Shown: piece by piece, positions 48,949 to 60,871 of the stretch
Layout of the letters: every line of letters begins with the position of its first letter
Numbering within the stretch: position 1 is the stretch's first letter
Origin: Marsupella aquatica
Taxonomy: Eukaryota > Plantae > Marchantiophyta
NCBI GenBank assembly: GCA_973895155.1
Contig: OZ316898.1
Coordinates: forward strand, 4,092,480-4,156,479
Direction of reading: 5' to 3'
DNA: 64,000 nt
The notes under the pieces: model-generated
Databases searched by the model: none
What the model was told of the DNA's origin: nothing
What the model saw: the letters and a program-made list of their open reading frames with translations, nothing else
Position numbers and translations under genes: made by a program

Positions 48949-49630
48949 GTGTTGATCGATGGATATTTTATTGTCATCGCCATGCCATTGATGCTACCTC
49001 GCGCACTCCTGTGAGAGATCACATATCTTGGCTGTGAAGCTGAACATTGTACATGCACAGTGCACCTGATGTGGATGTACTATTTTTTGAGATTGCAGAG
49101 ATTCCAATTTTGAAAAGGAGTTGGGTAGGCGAGTTTATATAGGCAGCACTTATCTTGTGCTCTGGCGTCAGTGGCTGGGTACATGCCTATACAAACTTAT
49201 CCTTACAAGCCTTCTTGGAAGTATTTAGGCTGAGTGGTCATTTTCATAAACACTTTCATCAGACTGCTAAATTAAAACAGGACTTCTAAGTTGTAAGCGT
49301 ATAAATTATCAGGCATGCAATTAATCAAATTGCCCTATAAGTTTGTCATTTGAATGTATCCTCCTTTACAACAAAATATGTATGTGCCATGACAAGTTGG
49401 TTGCACTTCATTTCACCACGGATATGGATTTTGTAGTATATATTCAAACAATGTCCTGCATCCGTGCAGGTGCCTAGTACGTATTGTTCACATATCCCTT
49501 GTACCTATCAAAATTGGACCTGAGCACCAGTGGGCCAGATCAACTCAAAAAGCAGGAATTTTGTTGTCCTTGTATTGTCAGGTGAACCCATTCTTCCAAA
49601 ATTCACTGTCATCACGTAGGGTGTGTGTAC

Positions 49631-50497
49631 ATGGAGCCTGGTAAACGTAGAAAGTGTGACCACCCAGCAGTGTTTACAGGGGTCAGAGCGATTTTGGTCC
49701 ATGGCCAGCATGGGTTGACCAAAGTGCATTGGCCAACTGTACAGAAACGATTCTCTGAGCTCCATGGCACTGTAGTTCAGGACATCACTCCAGAGACTAC
49801 ACATGTTGTTGCAGGGACATCGCTATCAGTGATAAAGAAGTGGTCATGGTCCTACATGAATTCTGCAATTATTAAGCAAGGCCTAAAAGTAGTTGAGGCC
49901 TCTTGGATCACAGATTCCATAGCACATAAGATTGTATAGGATACTGAGCAATATGAGTTGTGGGAGGATGAAGAAGCTACTGCATCAGCTTGGGCTGAAC
50001 AAGAAGTCTGGGAAGCAAAGGCACGGCTTGCTGATCTCCAATATGGACCTGTACTCAACAAAGGACAGAGCTCTACAAGGCTGAAGAGTATGTTGGCTGA
50101 GGAGACGAAGCAACCAACCCCCATTCTGAAAGGGCTGAGCATGGTATTTGTGGAGGCGGGAATTGGAGAGGTTAAGTGCAAAGTGTACAAGTCCACAGTG
50201 CTTGACCTAGGTGGGACAGTGGAGGAGAATATAACAGAGGACACCACTCATGTCATTACTAAGTCATATCCCAAAGCCTGCCACAAGTTTGGGAAGGGAG
50301 ACATTCGCTTTTATGTCATGTCCCATAATGTGTTTGTGGTTTCATATGCTTGGCTTGTGGAATCAGTAGCAGCTGGGAAGCGTCAAAACCCAATGGACTA
50401 TGTTGAGGCCTGGCCACGGAAGGGTCAGGATCCTTACAGAGAGGACTATGAGACAACAAGTGAGGAATGGGTCATTAGCGATTCTGAATCAGAGTGA
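49631..50497 (+). pseudogene. Tandem BRCT-domain gene, copy A (one CAG>TAG at 49937)
   Basis: Two BRCT signatures: LHGTVVQDITPETTHVV..VVEASWITDSI and LGGTVEENITEDTTHVI..VVSYAWLVESV. ORFs 49625 and 49958 are in frame, and the paralog has CAG at the stop. Confidence 0.85.
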
Positions 50498-53420
50498 GGA
50501 GTAGTAGCATCAGTTTGGACACAAGTTTTTTTGTATAAATCAGATCATTGAAATAAATGTGATCTTTGAACTAATGTACCTTGTTATGGTTGGTGGCAGT
50601 TGGGCTTATTTTACTGTTGGCGGATTGTTGTTTCCTGCTGCCTGGGGGTGTCACTGTAAACGTACATGCAGAGGCGGTACATTTGAGGACAGCGGAGGAG
50701 GTGGTGACACCCTCCAAAATTTAGGAATTTTGTGTCATTCACTTGACAATAGGTACACTACTTGCGAACCTGTTTTTTTCTTTTGGGGTGGTTTAGGGTT
50801 TGTGAGAATTTAGTACACGTTATGTTAACTCTTTTGGCAGATACAGTCAGGGATATATGGAACACAAATACCACCATTAGGCATCCTTGTTCACTGCTCA
50901 CTAGTAGAAACCGGGGTAATTTAGACCATACCTTATAGGACTAAGCCCACTAAGTCCTTCTTCCATACTTTAAATGACTTGCACCCATTGCCAAGGTTTT
51001 GTTAAAGACTATAAAAGACTTTGAGTGTTTTCCGGTTTAGTTAAAGACTATGAAAAGTAACCTTGCTACTTTGTGAAGGGTGAACACTCTAGGACATCAT
51101 GGGTTTTGTTCTTGGAATCACTCTAAAGGTCCACACAAAGACTAGTATAAGACAAAGTCTTACAAGGGTTCATGATAAGAGTATACTTAAGAAGGACCGG
51201 GCGACATCCTACTTTTGGGCCTAAGTGCTTAAGGACATGCCTTGTATATATCACCAACCTTAACTAACATTGCACCATAAATATCCATGTAACGGGTACT
51301 TTTCATAACTTAGGGTACAACTGTACTGGAGGGCTTAGGGTGGTTTCTAACCAGAACCGGAACTAATGCATCACTATAACCCTAGCTAGGTACAACTCCC
51401 ACACCATGATATATTCCGCATTGCCAACTAGTGTTGTTTTGACAGGGTCATGGGCACTAATTGACACAATGAACAGTCCACAACTTGATTGATTTGAGTG
51501 TAAATGATGGTGCCTTTTGATCCAAGATTAATTCCACAAGGGGGGGGGGGGAGGGTTAGGGGGGCCCACAACTAATTAAGTGGCCATGACTTTGTCACCA
51601 AAGGGATTTATTTAAAGTTATCCTTAACCCTCTTTAGTTTTGTGTGTTGCCTAACACTCTGGTGCAAACGTACTTATTATGCTCAACGGGTCACCTCAAC
51701 GGAAATGAGCTTACATGACTGCTTGCACTAAGTATTGGGTTAGGGTGAGTGTGCTTTGGTCATCAGGTGATTATTGGGTTTTTGTGAAGGGAACTATCGA
51801 GTACTTGTGCCCATGTGTTCGGGCCCCATTGTGCGACAGAACATTGTGCTTTGCTTCTATGAGTGGAGCATACGAGTAGGGTTTAGGGTTAACATTTTGC
51901 GAGGGAAGCTGGGAGGCGATTGTAGTCAATTGTTGCCATCCACTCCTGTGAGCGCTTTTGACAGTTCTACCTGCATGCCCCTTACAATTGTTTGGACAAA
52001 GGAGTTCAGCAAGTGGTTTGCGCTGGTTTGGGACCTTGACAGTCGTGAGGTGGTAAGGACATTGAGGCATCCCTGAGAAGCGCTTGATGGTAAGGACATT
52101 GAGGTGTTGGAGACATTGAGGCGTTGCGGACATTGCCTTAGAGGCTCTTGAGGCCAGTGACAGCTTTTGGCGCGAAGGCAAGCGGAGATTTGTCTCCTGC
52201 CTGAGAGCTTACAGCTTCGGATTGAGACAACGTGGGCGCACCAAGATTCAGAGAAGACTGACTGGCTGGGACCGACCGGTCTTGGGAAGTTGCAGCCGTG
52301 GAGGGACCGGGAGCGCTAAGGTACATTGCAGCTACGAGCAGCAATGCACCTGCCATAGTGACATTGAACTGCCCTGAATCACCCTGGTTAGTCCAAACTT
52401 CCATTTGCAAGTTAGTTTTGGTAGTGGCTTTGGTTTTCTAGGCGGAATGAGCTCCGATGCCATGCATTAAGAATGTGGGAAATGCTATTTTGTAGCTTGC
52501 TACCTCATAGTGCTAATTTCAACTTCAGGTTTGCGTGGTTTTGGGCGATAAGCTTGTGGCTCATTCGGACTGAGTGATCTTCCTGCGGGCCCTGCCCTAA
52601 GTGTTCACACTTCTCGCCGTCCCAAACTGCGAAAGGCTTCTCCCCGTTCTGTATCCCTACTTCAGTAATTGTATTGAGGTCTTTCAATCAGTCTCATAGG
52701 GGAGGTCATTGTCTTCTCTGTAAGTTGTTGCTCCTATCACACTACCAAGCTTGTTGAAGGGAGCTACTATCGCGAGCTGCTACCATTGCGAGCTACTACC
52801 ATCGCAAGTTGTTGAGGAGAGGGCCAGTTGTTTGCGAAAGGATTTCCAGATTGTGTCGGAGGTCCAAATTTCTTGCCTGTGGGTCCCCATGTTTGCAGTT
52901 TTTTCCTGGCTTCTTGCGCAGTGCTCCGACGTAGTACCCATGATGCTAGTCTGAACGGATTCATGAGCTGTGACTGATTTGCTGTTCAAATGATGTCTTC
53001 AACTAGAGCTACAATTAGTGTCTGCGGAGCTGCCAACCAGGTGCAGGTGTGATTGAGGTCAGTTCAACTGTTGGGTTGCCCGAATGTTCCGTTGCCATCA
53101 TTTGTAACCACGAGCAATGGACTTTAGAGGCGGGATTTTCTAGGGATTTCTGCTCAACCCTTTGCTGGCTTTCTACTTTGAGGTCTATTTTGGGGTTCGG
53201 GCAAAGGGCGGAGGGCGAAGATCAAGCATTGCAGTTTTGCTAACGCTGCATGGTGGAAATTGGACCAGCCAACTCCTTGTCTACGGTGTTGTGGAGCTGG
53301 GCGAGCTGCAACAAGGGACCAAGCCAGGCGACCTGTGAATCAAAGCCCATTGACCGCTGCTGAAGGTTTGATGTTCTATATTTGAAGCTCTCGTTTGCTT
53401 TCTATTTGTCAGTCTTTCAC

Positions 53421-53563
53421 AGCTGCGCATTAGTGTTGGCCCTATCCTCCGTCCCTCTGCTGGCCTGCTACTGACATTTGGTTAATCATAGTTGTTCACT
53501 GCTGTGCATTAGTGTTGGCCCTATCCTTCGTCCCTCTGCTAGCCTGCTACATTTGGTTAATCA
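53421..53563. repeat. ~78-bp tandem duplication
   Basis: gctg(c/t)gcattagtgttggccctatcct.cgtccctctgct.gcctgctac..atttggttaatca occurs twice. Confidence 0.8.
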
Positions 53564-54278
53564 AAATGCAATGTCTGTCTGAGTGAGCTGATCATCTCCA
53601 ATGTAGTATGGGCTTGGGATTTACATATATGTTTCCTGCTTCCAGCAGATAGGCAATTGCTTCCAAGCTCTTTGGTGCAGACGTCTCTATGGAATGCAAT
53701 GCCCTATATGCCAGAGCTTTCATATATTGGCATGTTCACATTTGCTCTTGGAATATATGATCCCGAAAGCTTCATGAGCAGTTTATGTTCAGAATTCTGT
53801 TTATGTTATTGTTTCCGTCAATTGCAGCTTGGATTTTTGAATATATGTCCTGTCATTGATGATAGAGGGTGGTTGAGATTGGTTTTCTTTCTTCTTGGTA
53901 GTGGGTCAGTGTGTTGGCATTTTCCTCATGTCACTCATTCTCATCGGACGAGCTGCGGATTGGTACTGAATAGTCATTTAGCCTATTGCTGCCTCCCACC
54001 GCCATTGCCGATTGCTGATTTCCGCTATCATCGTGTATTGCTTGCTTGCTTGCCACTGCCTTTGTTGGTTGCCACCCTCTTCACACTCTCTCGCATCTAT
54101 CTTCCGATATGAACGCGCAGCCAAGCCCACCAAAAGCTCTGTCCCTACAATCCCTCCCAAATCAACTTCCTTGTTTCCTGCTGCTCATGATCACCGCATT
54201 GTTCTTCCCTATTTTTGTTTACTTATTGGTCTCTCCACACTTGTTGCTTCACATGACTATTTTGCTCCTCCCTGGATC

Positions 54279-57200
54279 TGTGATGCCTAGACAGGAATCA
54301 CTCGGCCGGTTAAGTGGGTAAAGCAGGAAGGCACCCTAGGAACACCTTAGTATAGGGACAAAACAAGGAAAATATAAACAATTAGGGGCAACCATGGAAC
54401 CCGGGCAGAGGCCGGAGGTAAGGCTGAGGGTGAAAACCCGATTAGGGTTAGGGCGCGTTAAGCGTCGGCGGCTAGGAAGGATCAACGGGAAGAAGGACCG
54501 GCAGAGGAGAGGGGTAAGGAGCGCTTGCAGGAGATGGTGGCTCATTTGCGAGCACGAACTAGGCAGACGACTACGGGAGGCCAACTACTGTCAGCTGCTT
54601 AGGCAAGCACTCGGGGAGAGAGTAGATACCGACGATCGACCTAAGGAGGGTATGAGCAACGTCAATCAAGCGGCACATTTCTGGGGATGCCTGTTCGAAC
54701 GGGCAACTGAGTACATCAAGACTTACGAGGACGAGGAGTCAGAAAGGGCAGCTTGAGAACGGCAGGAGCTCGCTCGATTGTGGGAGCTGCAGAAGACGGC
54801 TTTCTTAGGAGGCGAACTCATCAAGGACGAGTTCCTGTGGACGCCTACTTCCAATCAACTCGACGATCTTCTGTTTTGCAAAGACAGCGTCGTCGGCATC
54901 CGAGAGGCCATCAAGAACTGCAACGACATACACTGGGAATTAAAGGGTAGCACGGAAAGGTGGACCCAGGCAACGGTGCTAGGAGAAACCTCCACGGCAG
55001 CAGAGATGAAGAGGAAGGGGGCCGTCAACGATGAAGCCACCCCGGCAAAAAGAACGAGGTCGGCGGCACCAAAGAGGCCAGCCGAGCAGCAGAGCAGGAG
55101 GCAGGGAGAAGCCGAAGAGGAGGAGGTCGATCCCATCAAGGCCATTCCAACCAGGGATGACACCTGGAAGGGCTGGGCGGCAACCCTACCGGTGGAGGTG
55201 CAACTACATTTTGCACGGGAGGAGGATGCATGCTTTACGGCCATGCAGACCAAGAAGTACCAAGGCTTCATGGCCGGATCCGGCTTAGAGGCCTTTGTAA
55301 GATTACCATGGCTGAAGCCGGAGGTACCGAAGTCAGACCTATTAGAATTCGTGGGGTCATGGGAACCCGAGACCAATTGCACGAGGATATATGGGAAGGA
55401 TTTCTATCTTACTCCCAAGGTAATTGCCGAAGTGTTTGGCTTGCCGATAGGCAATAAGACCAAAGTTGATACCAGGAAGACCTTGCCTGACAAGGAGTTC
55501 CGGTCGTTCCCCGGGCCATCAACGAAGAATGGCTTCTTCCGGAACACCTGCACCAACCCGCACATAGGAGAGATGATCGACTTCTTGCGGGTGACCATGC
55601 ATTGTAACTTGCCGAGGGCAGAGATCGGCAAGGCACAGGTCTATCTGGCAGAAAGGCCAGACCCAAGCCGGGACTACAACGGGTACCTCCTCAACCAATT
55701 GAAGAAGATCTTAAAGGAGGAGCAGCAGGTAATCGGCATGGGGAGCGTGTCGCGGCTTGGCTATCACATGCCGCTGTTGTGCCGGTATGCCAGAGGTCAG
55801 ACTTTTGCCCCGGTACTTCCCCTGCAGGTAAGGGCACCCGAGGAAGCTCCAACGCTGAGGCCGTTGGCTGAGAAGCCTCAACCACCTGTTAGTCCTACGA
55901 TCGAGCAGGTGTTTAGGCCCAGGAAGGAAGACTTGCCGATGCAGCAACCAGGCATGCAGAGTCTACTGAAACTACTGGAGAAAGAAAAGAAATCGGCATC
56001 GGCAACAACAACGGCAACGGCAACAATGCAGGACACTACTACAGAGGTAGGCCTACACCGGCTCACAAGAGAAAACCCCTTTGCTGGAGACAAGGAGAGA
56101 ATCAGGCCGGAATCCAAGCCAGGTGTTCGAATGTACGTGGGAACCTCAAGCTCCGAATCTGAGGCAGAATTGCCTGAAGCTCCTACCGACAAAGAGGAGA
56201 GGGAGAAGCCGGACGTCCAAGAGGTAGAGGAGGCAGTGGAGGACTGCAGCCATGATAATTCCGGCTATGGGTCGGACCATCACGTTCCAGGAGTAAGGAC
56301 CTGTGGCCGGTTTGTCCCCACACTTCCAAGGGTAGTGCGAGGGGACCCCAACCAGCAGAGTAGCCCTGAGTCTCCCCCACCAGATGTTGCTCCCCCGAGC
56401 TTCGACGGCATAAAACAGACGGTGCAGGAATTTCAGGAGCGAATCAAGCAGGAGGAGGAGGCCGCCCTGGCTAAGGAAAAGGATTTACCAGGAGGAGATT
56501 GGCCGGAGGACATCAGGCGGCTAGCCGAAAAAGGAAGCAAACCTCTAGCCACGATTGAAGAGATCCGCAGGACGGCTTGGGAGCAGAGGCCACGATGGGC
56601 GATGCCGATCACTTCTACTTACTCCACCTACGCTAAGAATAGAGCCATGGAGTATGGTGAGATGTGTGGGGAACTTGCGCTCGGCATCTTTGGAGAGGAG
56701 TTGGAGGTAGGACCCTTTTTCCATAGGGAGCAGTTGGAGAAGCACCAATTAGAAGAAGCGGTGGCTTTAGAGAGAAGCAAGAAGGACGAGGTCATTCGGC
56801 GGCTTAGGAGGATGGAAGCCGAGATTGAAGATCTAAGGGCGGCCAAGAAAGCCCAAGATGAACTGCGGATTAAACGACATGAGCTGAACATCATGCAGGG
56901 GCAGTTGGACACCGCGCAGGCTGATAATCAGAATATCAAGGATAAACTGACTCAGACGCAGGAAGAGTTGGCCGACACGATCAAAGAGAGGGAGAAGTGG
57001 AAGCAAGAGCTGAAGAATACAGAGGAGGCCCACATAACAGCCAACAGCCGGGCCATGGCGGAGACCCAAAGAAAGGAATGGGCGTTGAAAGGGGAGCTCG
57101 AGAAAATCCGCGGAGCCCTTGAGCAGAAGGAGGTCGAGTTAGGGAAATCCTATCAAGGGATTATGGCGCTGTAGCAGGAGCTTGCGTCCCTGACGGCCAG

Positions 57201-58914
57201 CTTCAAGGCCGACCTAAGGGAGAAGGACGAGATGCTCGAATAGACTTACGCCAAGATGAACCAGATGGAGTCTGTCATCATTGCAGAGCTCGACAAGGAG
57301 CTAAGAGCAACCCAGGAGGAGAGGGCTACCTTGAAGAAGGAATTGGAGGAAGCCCACAGGGAGCAGGAGGAGGCCAAAAACGAGCTGGAGGGGGCACGTA
57401 AGGACCTGGATGAAACCCAAGAGGAGTTGGAGGAAATCACGAGGAAGATGGAGAACCTACAGCGGCGGGCCGACAACCAAACAGAGCGGCTGAAGAAACA
57501 AGCCGCAGTATTTAAATGCTTAGCTGCAGCAGGTCCATCTCCCGTTGGGACAAACCAGTTACCAGGGGTGGTAATTGCCGAAGGACAAGCCGCGCCACCT
57601 GCACCAGTGCCGGAAGTAAGTGGGAAGGGGAAGGGACCAGCTGCCGAGCCACCAACGAAGAAGAAGCGGAAACCTTCAGGGTCAAGGAGTAATACGACTT
57701 CACAGGCCGTGGTGATCAAGGAGGTAGACCCAGCACCGACCCCAGATAGGGTCACGGCTAGGGATCCAACTACCCTAGGGGAAGGGGAGGCCGAAGCCGA
57801 GGGAGTGGCTGAGGCCGAAGCCGTGGGTATTGCCGAGGCCGGTGTCGAGGCTGAAGCCGAAGGTGGACCCAGTCAGGCCGATGGAGAGTTGACTCAGTCA
57901 AGGGCAGGTAATCTGTCAGAGAATGAACCTACGGCAGTGGCTGAGGAGGAAGCGTTGGGGGCGTCCATTAAGGATCCACCACCGGTGTCGTGACGGTGCA
58001 AGGGCGCCGTTCCTTTTAGGGAGGGCGGACGTGGAGGGAGGAGGCGTGAGTGGGCAGGGCGGGCGCGGATCTCCACGTTTAGGATTAGGATCAGAACCAG
58101 GAGCGGCCCTGACACTTAGCTTAGTGGGATTGCGGTCCCACTGGTAGGAGCAACACTTGTGCTCCTGCCTTGCTGTACATAGGTAGATTCGGGCAAGTAG
58201 ATTACTGTTAAGTAGATTAGGCTTACGATGCAAAGAATGGCGGATCCACTACCAGGATAAGTACCTGGGCAGCGGGGAGCTCAGGGCCTCTTCTTTAGCA
58301 AGTTTTTAGTTTGCACCAGCCGGGCTGGGATCAAGTAGTACGAGAAGCTCTCGGTTAGTCATACAGTGACCCTTGTGTATATTCATGTTTCCTCATGCCT
58401 AAGAGCTGAATAGAGTTGGCCTCACGGCTTAGTTCGCAGAACTTGTGTATGAGATGTACTGTTTGTATGGCAAGTGCATGGTATGACTCAGTCAGAATGA
58501 GTCATTTTGCTATTTGTGTGTCGCATTAACTTGTGTGAAGAGTGCCCACATCAACAGAAGGAAGGAAAGTAAGCAGGGGAGTGAGAGTTGGATGTGTCGA
58601 GCTGAGAGAGGTCTTAGCGGCTTAACCAAGCCTATTGGGGATCATTCCAGCGGCGGAATCCAAACATACCTAACAAGACGGAGGGGAAGACAGGGGAAGA
58701 CAGGGGAAGGCCTATATTAGGCCGGCTACGTATCTCATGACCCGATGAAGGATCTGTCCAGTATATGTGTGTAAAATGTTAATAGTAGTAGTAGAAGGTT
58801 AGCAGCGTCCCATGCCGCTAAGCCGCGGAAACGGCCTCGCCAAGCACGAAACCTGCGGGAATCGGCTTGAGCTGGGGGGTTTCTTGGGTTTAGGGAGCCA
58901 TGGGACGCACCACA
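54279..58914 (+). mobile_element. Solo LTR of the gypsy family (4636 bp)
   Basis: TGTGATG...CACCACA with TSD GGATC on both sides. 12 bp shorter in the AEAEAVG repeat. The empty site is visible in element A at ~39355. Confidence 0.98.
54394..57993 (+). pseudogene. LTR-encoded ORF, second solo-LTR copy, with three C>T stops (54754, 57172, 57241)
   Basis: Collinear with the intact copy; stops are CGA>TGA and 2 x CAG>TAG. Confidence 0.92.
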
Positions 58915-59752
58915 GGATCCGAACATGCCTTGTGCCCAATGCTCCCACGGTGGAGTGGGGTGGTGAATAGACGACCTCAACACCATTGCAATCACATTTG
59001 GATGGGTTAGTTTTTTGCAGCTTAAACCTGTCGGGATTTTGTGCTTGTGGCGACTCTATCCTTTCTGCCACTTCATGAGTTTGTTTATGCTGCAGTGGGC
59101 GGTCTTGCGCAACTCAATGAGCCAATTTCATTTTCCCTGTGCACTTCTATTTCTCAGAGAATTCCCTGGTCATGCTCATTTGCCCCAGAGTTAGAAAACA
59201 AAGAAGAAGAAGAGCTGACTAATTGTAATTCCAATCCATATCCTGATCGGTCAAGGATTGTGAACTACATTGGCCTTGTCATTGGCCGAGGTCACCAAAT
59301 TTTGCTTGGTTTCATTCCTGTGGAGCACTGTTGTGATGGATGAATAGTTGTCGTAGCATTCTGCAAACTCTCACGGTTTGCTTATGGCCATTATTTGCAA
59401 TTTGCTGCTACTAATATGTCTCTGACTGAGCAGCATACACCGGAAGTAAGCAATAGTGGAGGTTTAAGTGCACATCAACACATCCAGTGAACTACCTCTC
59501 TACTGCTCACTGGAGGGTGAGACTTTCACTCTTTCTGGATATTGTAGTTTGTAAGCAAGTTGATTAGGAGTGTTTCATGCTATGTTTACATTGTGACCCC
59601 TAGCTGGAACCAATGGAATGACACAGTGAGTGGGAACTGATAATTTAAGGTTGGTTGCTGTTGGTGAGGCAAGTACAACTCCTGCTCACCTTGCTGATCG
59701 AAGGTGCTTATAAGAGGACGTGAACACACGACACTCCACAAAAGCAACACTT

Positions 59753-60202
59753 ATGGTGAGGACCCGCAATGCTGAACATGTGCGGCTTGCACGCAAGGCA
59801 GAGATGTTGCGCCTTGAGTATGTCAGACTTGGGATCCTTCCAGCCCAGTCTGCATGGTACTTTGAGTACCCAGTTGTTGCCAGGAATAACTACAGCCGCC
59901 CTGTACCTGCTTCTCCACCCTTCCCAACATCCTTGGTATTTTTGTCTCTCGTACATGACCCGCCACAAATTAGGGCCCAAGGGTGTGTGCACAGTTGCCA
60001 GTATGACTGTCCTGCCTGTAGGGCTTCTGGCCTAGAGTTGGATGACCGTTCTCTTGGATGTCGGTTTTTTCACAGAGCACAATGTATCATCTGGAACCAC
60101 TCGCCATCCTGCAGTGTGCCTGGCGATGTCACTTGTCCTGCCCTCCCAGACCCCACCACCGGTCACTTTGGTGTCTACACATGTTTGGATCACACGCTGT
60201 AG
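59753..60202 (+). CDS. Cys/His-rich 149-aa cargo ORF of element B
   Basis: Paralog of 42485-42934 with the frame and stop conserved. Confidence 0.55.
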   Translation: MVRTRNAEHVRLARKAEMLRLEYVRLGILPAQSAWYFEYPVVARNNYSRPVPASPPFPTSLVFLSLVHDPPQIRAQGCVHSCQYDCPACRASGLELDDRSLGCRFFHRAQCIIWNHSPSCSVPGDVTCPALPDPTTGHFGVYTCLDHTL

Positions 60203-60871
60203 AAGACCACTTGTCACACCGCATGCACAGACCAGAGACCATTGACCTATAACTTAACACTTTGACTTGAACAGAGAGGATATTTACTTAAGATTTTGAA
60301 TTATGAGCAATTTTGGGTCCAGGGTTTACGGTCAACAGTACATAACTTATCCTATTATGGCTGCACTAAGTATAATATCCTAATTTAAGAGGCTAGCAAG
60401 CTCACTTAAAAGTCTCCTTTCAAAGACTGGAATTAATGGGCCATGTGATAACCTGGAAAAAGTGATTTATGCCTAACTTATTTGTCTCATTCACTATCAT
60501 AGCCTATTTAGGATGTATAAATTACAACCCTGATCACACTGCTTGATACCAATCCTGTTCAAAAAATGCCTATTTTACATGTCACGACTGTTATATGTGA
60601 TTCAAATGCATTAAATCTTGTTGCAGATCTCCTTTGGTGAATCATAGCCACAAAATTGAGGTGTAGGTGGAGCTATTGTACGAGGGGATCAGTTTTTAGT
60701 GTGGGCTCAATAAACCAAAAAGTATGTCTACTCTGCACATGTGTGTGAACATTTCATTGCAGTAGCAATTGCCACTCTAGTCTATATGCTACATTGTACT
60801 TTTTGTACACTGCACTAAATTGTATTGTCTGTGCACTCTACTAAATTGTACTATCTGTCTCAGGCGTAGGC

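Larger units (their letters stand above)
43704..49037 (+). pseudogene. Stand-alone EDM2-type PHD-finger gene, copy A (coding 43704-44300 and 48954-49037), disrupted by a solo LTR and an early CAG>TAG
   Basis: CAICDDGG..CEGPCMRHFH..CTDCLEKQAKCAQCGKLGS..CPLHRCKAC..CARCPTMWHYHCL. After the LTR it continues DRWIFYCHRHAIDATSRTPVRDHISWL*, matching the EDM2 IYC..H.ID....TP.RDH motif. Confidence 0.88.
21102..50898 (+). mobile_element. CACTA element A (left terminus at 21102; interrupted by the gypsy element, a solo LTR and element B; right end not in window)
   Basis: CACTAGAAGAAACC terminus, then GACT/AGTC-rich subterminal sequence continuing after the gypsy TSD at 36672+. Collinear with element B, which has a near-identical terminus. 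Expected TSD is GGC. Confidence 0.75.

Noticed and set aside
21147-58914. The four 4.6-kb repeats as assembly error or segmental duplication
   Set aside because: Each insertion has a distinct perfect TSD and private mutations, and empty sites exist in the paralogous cassette.
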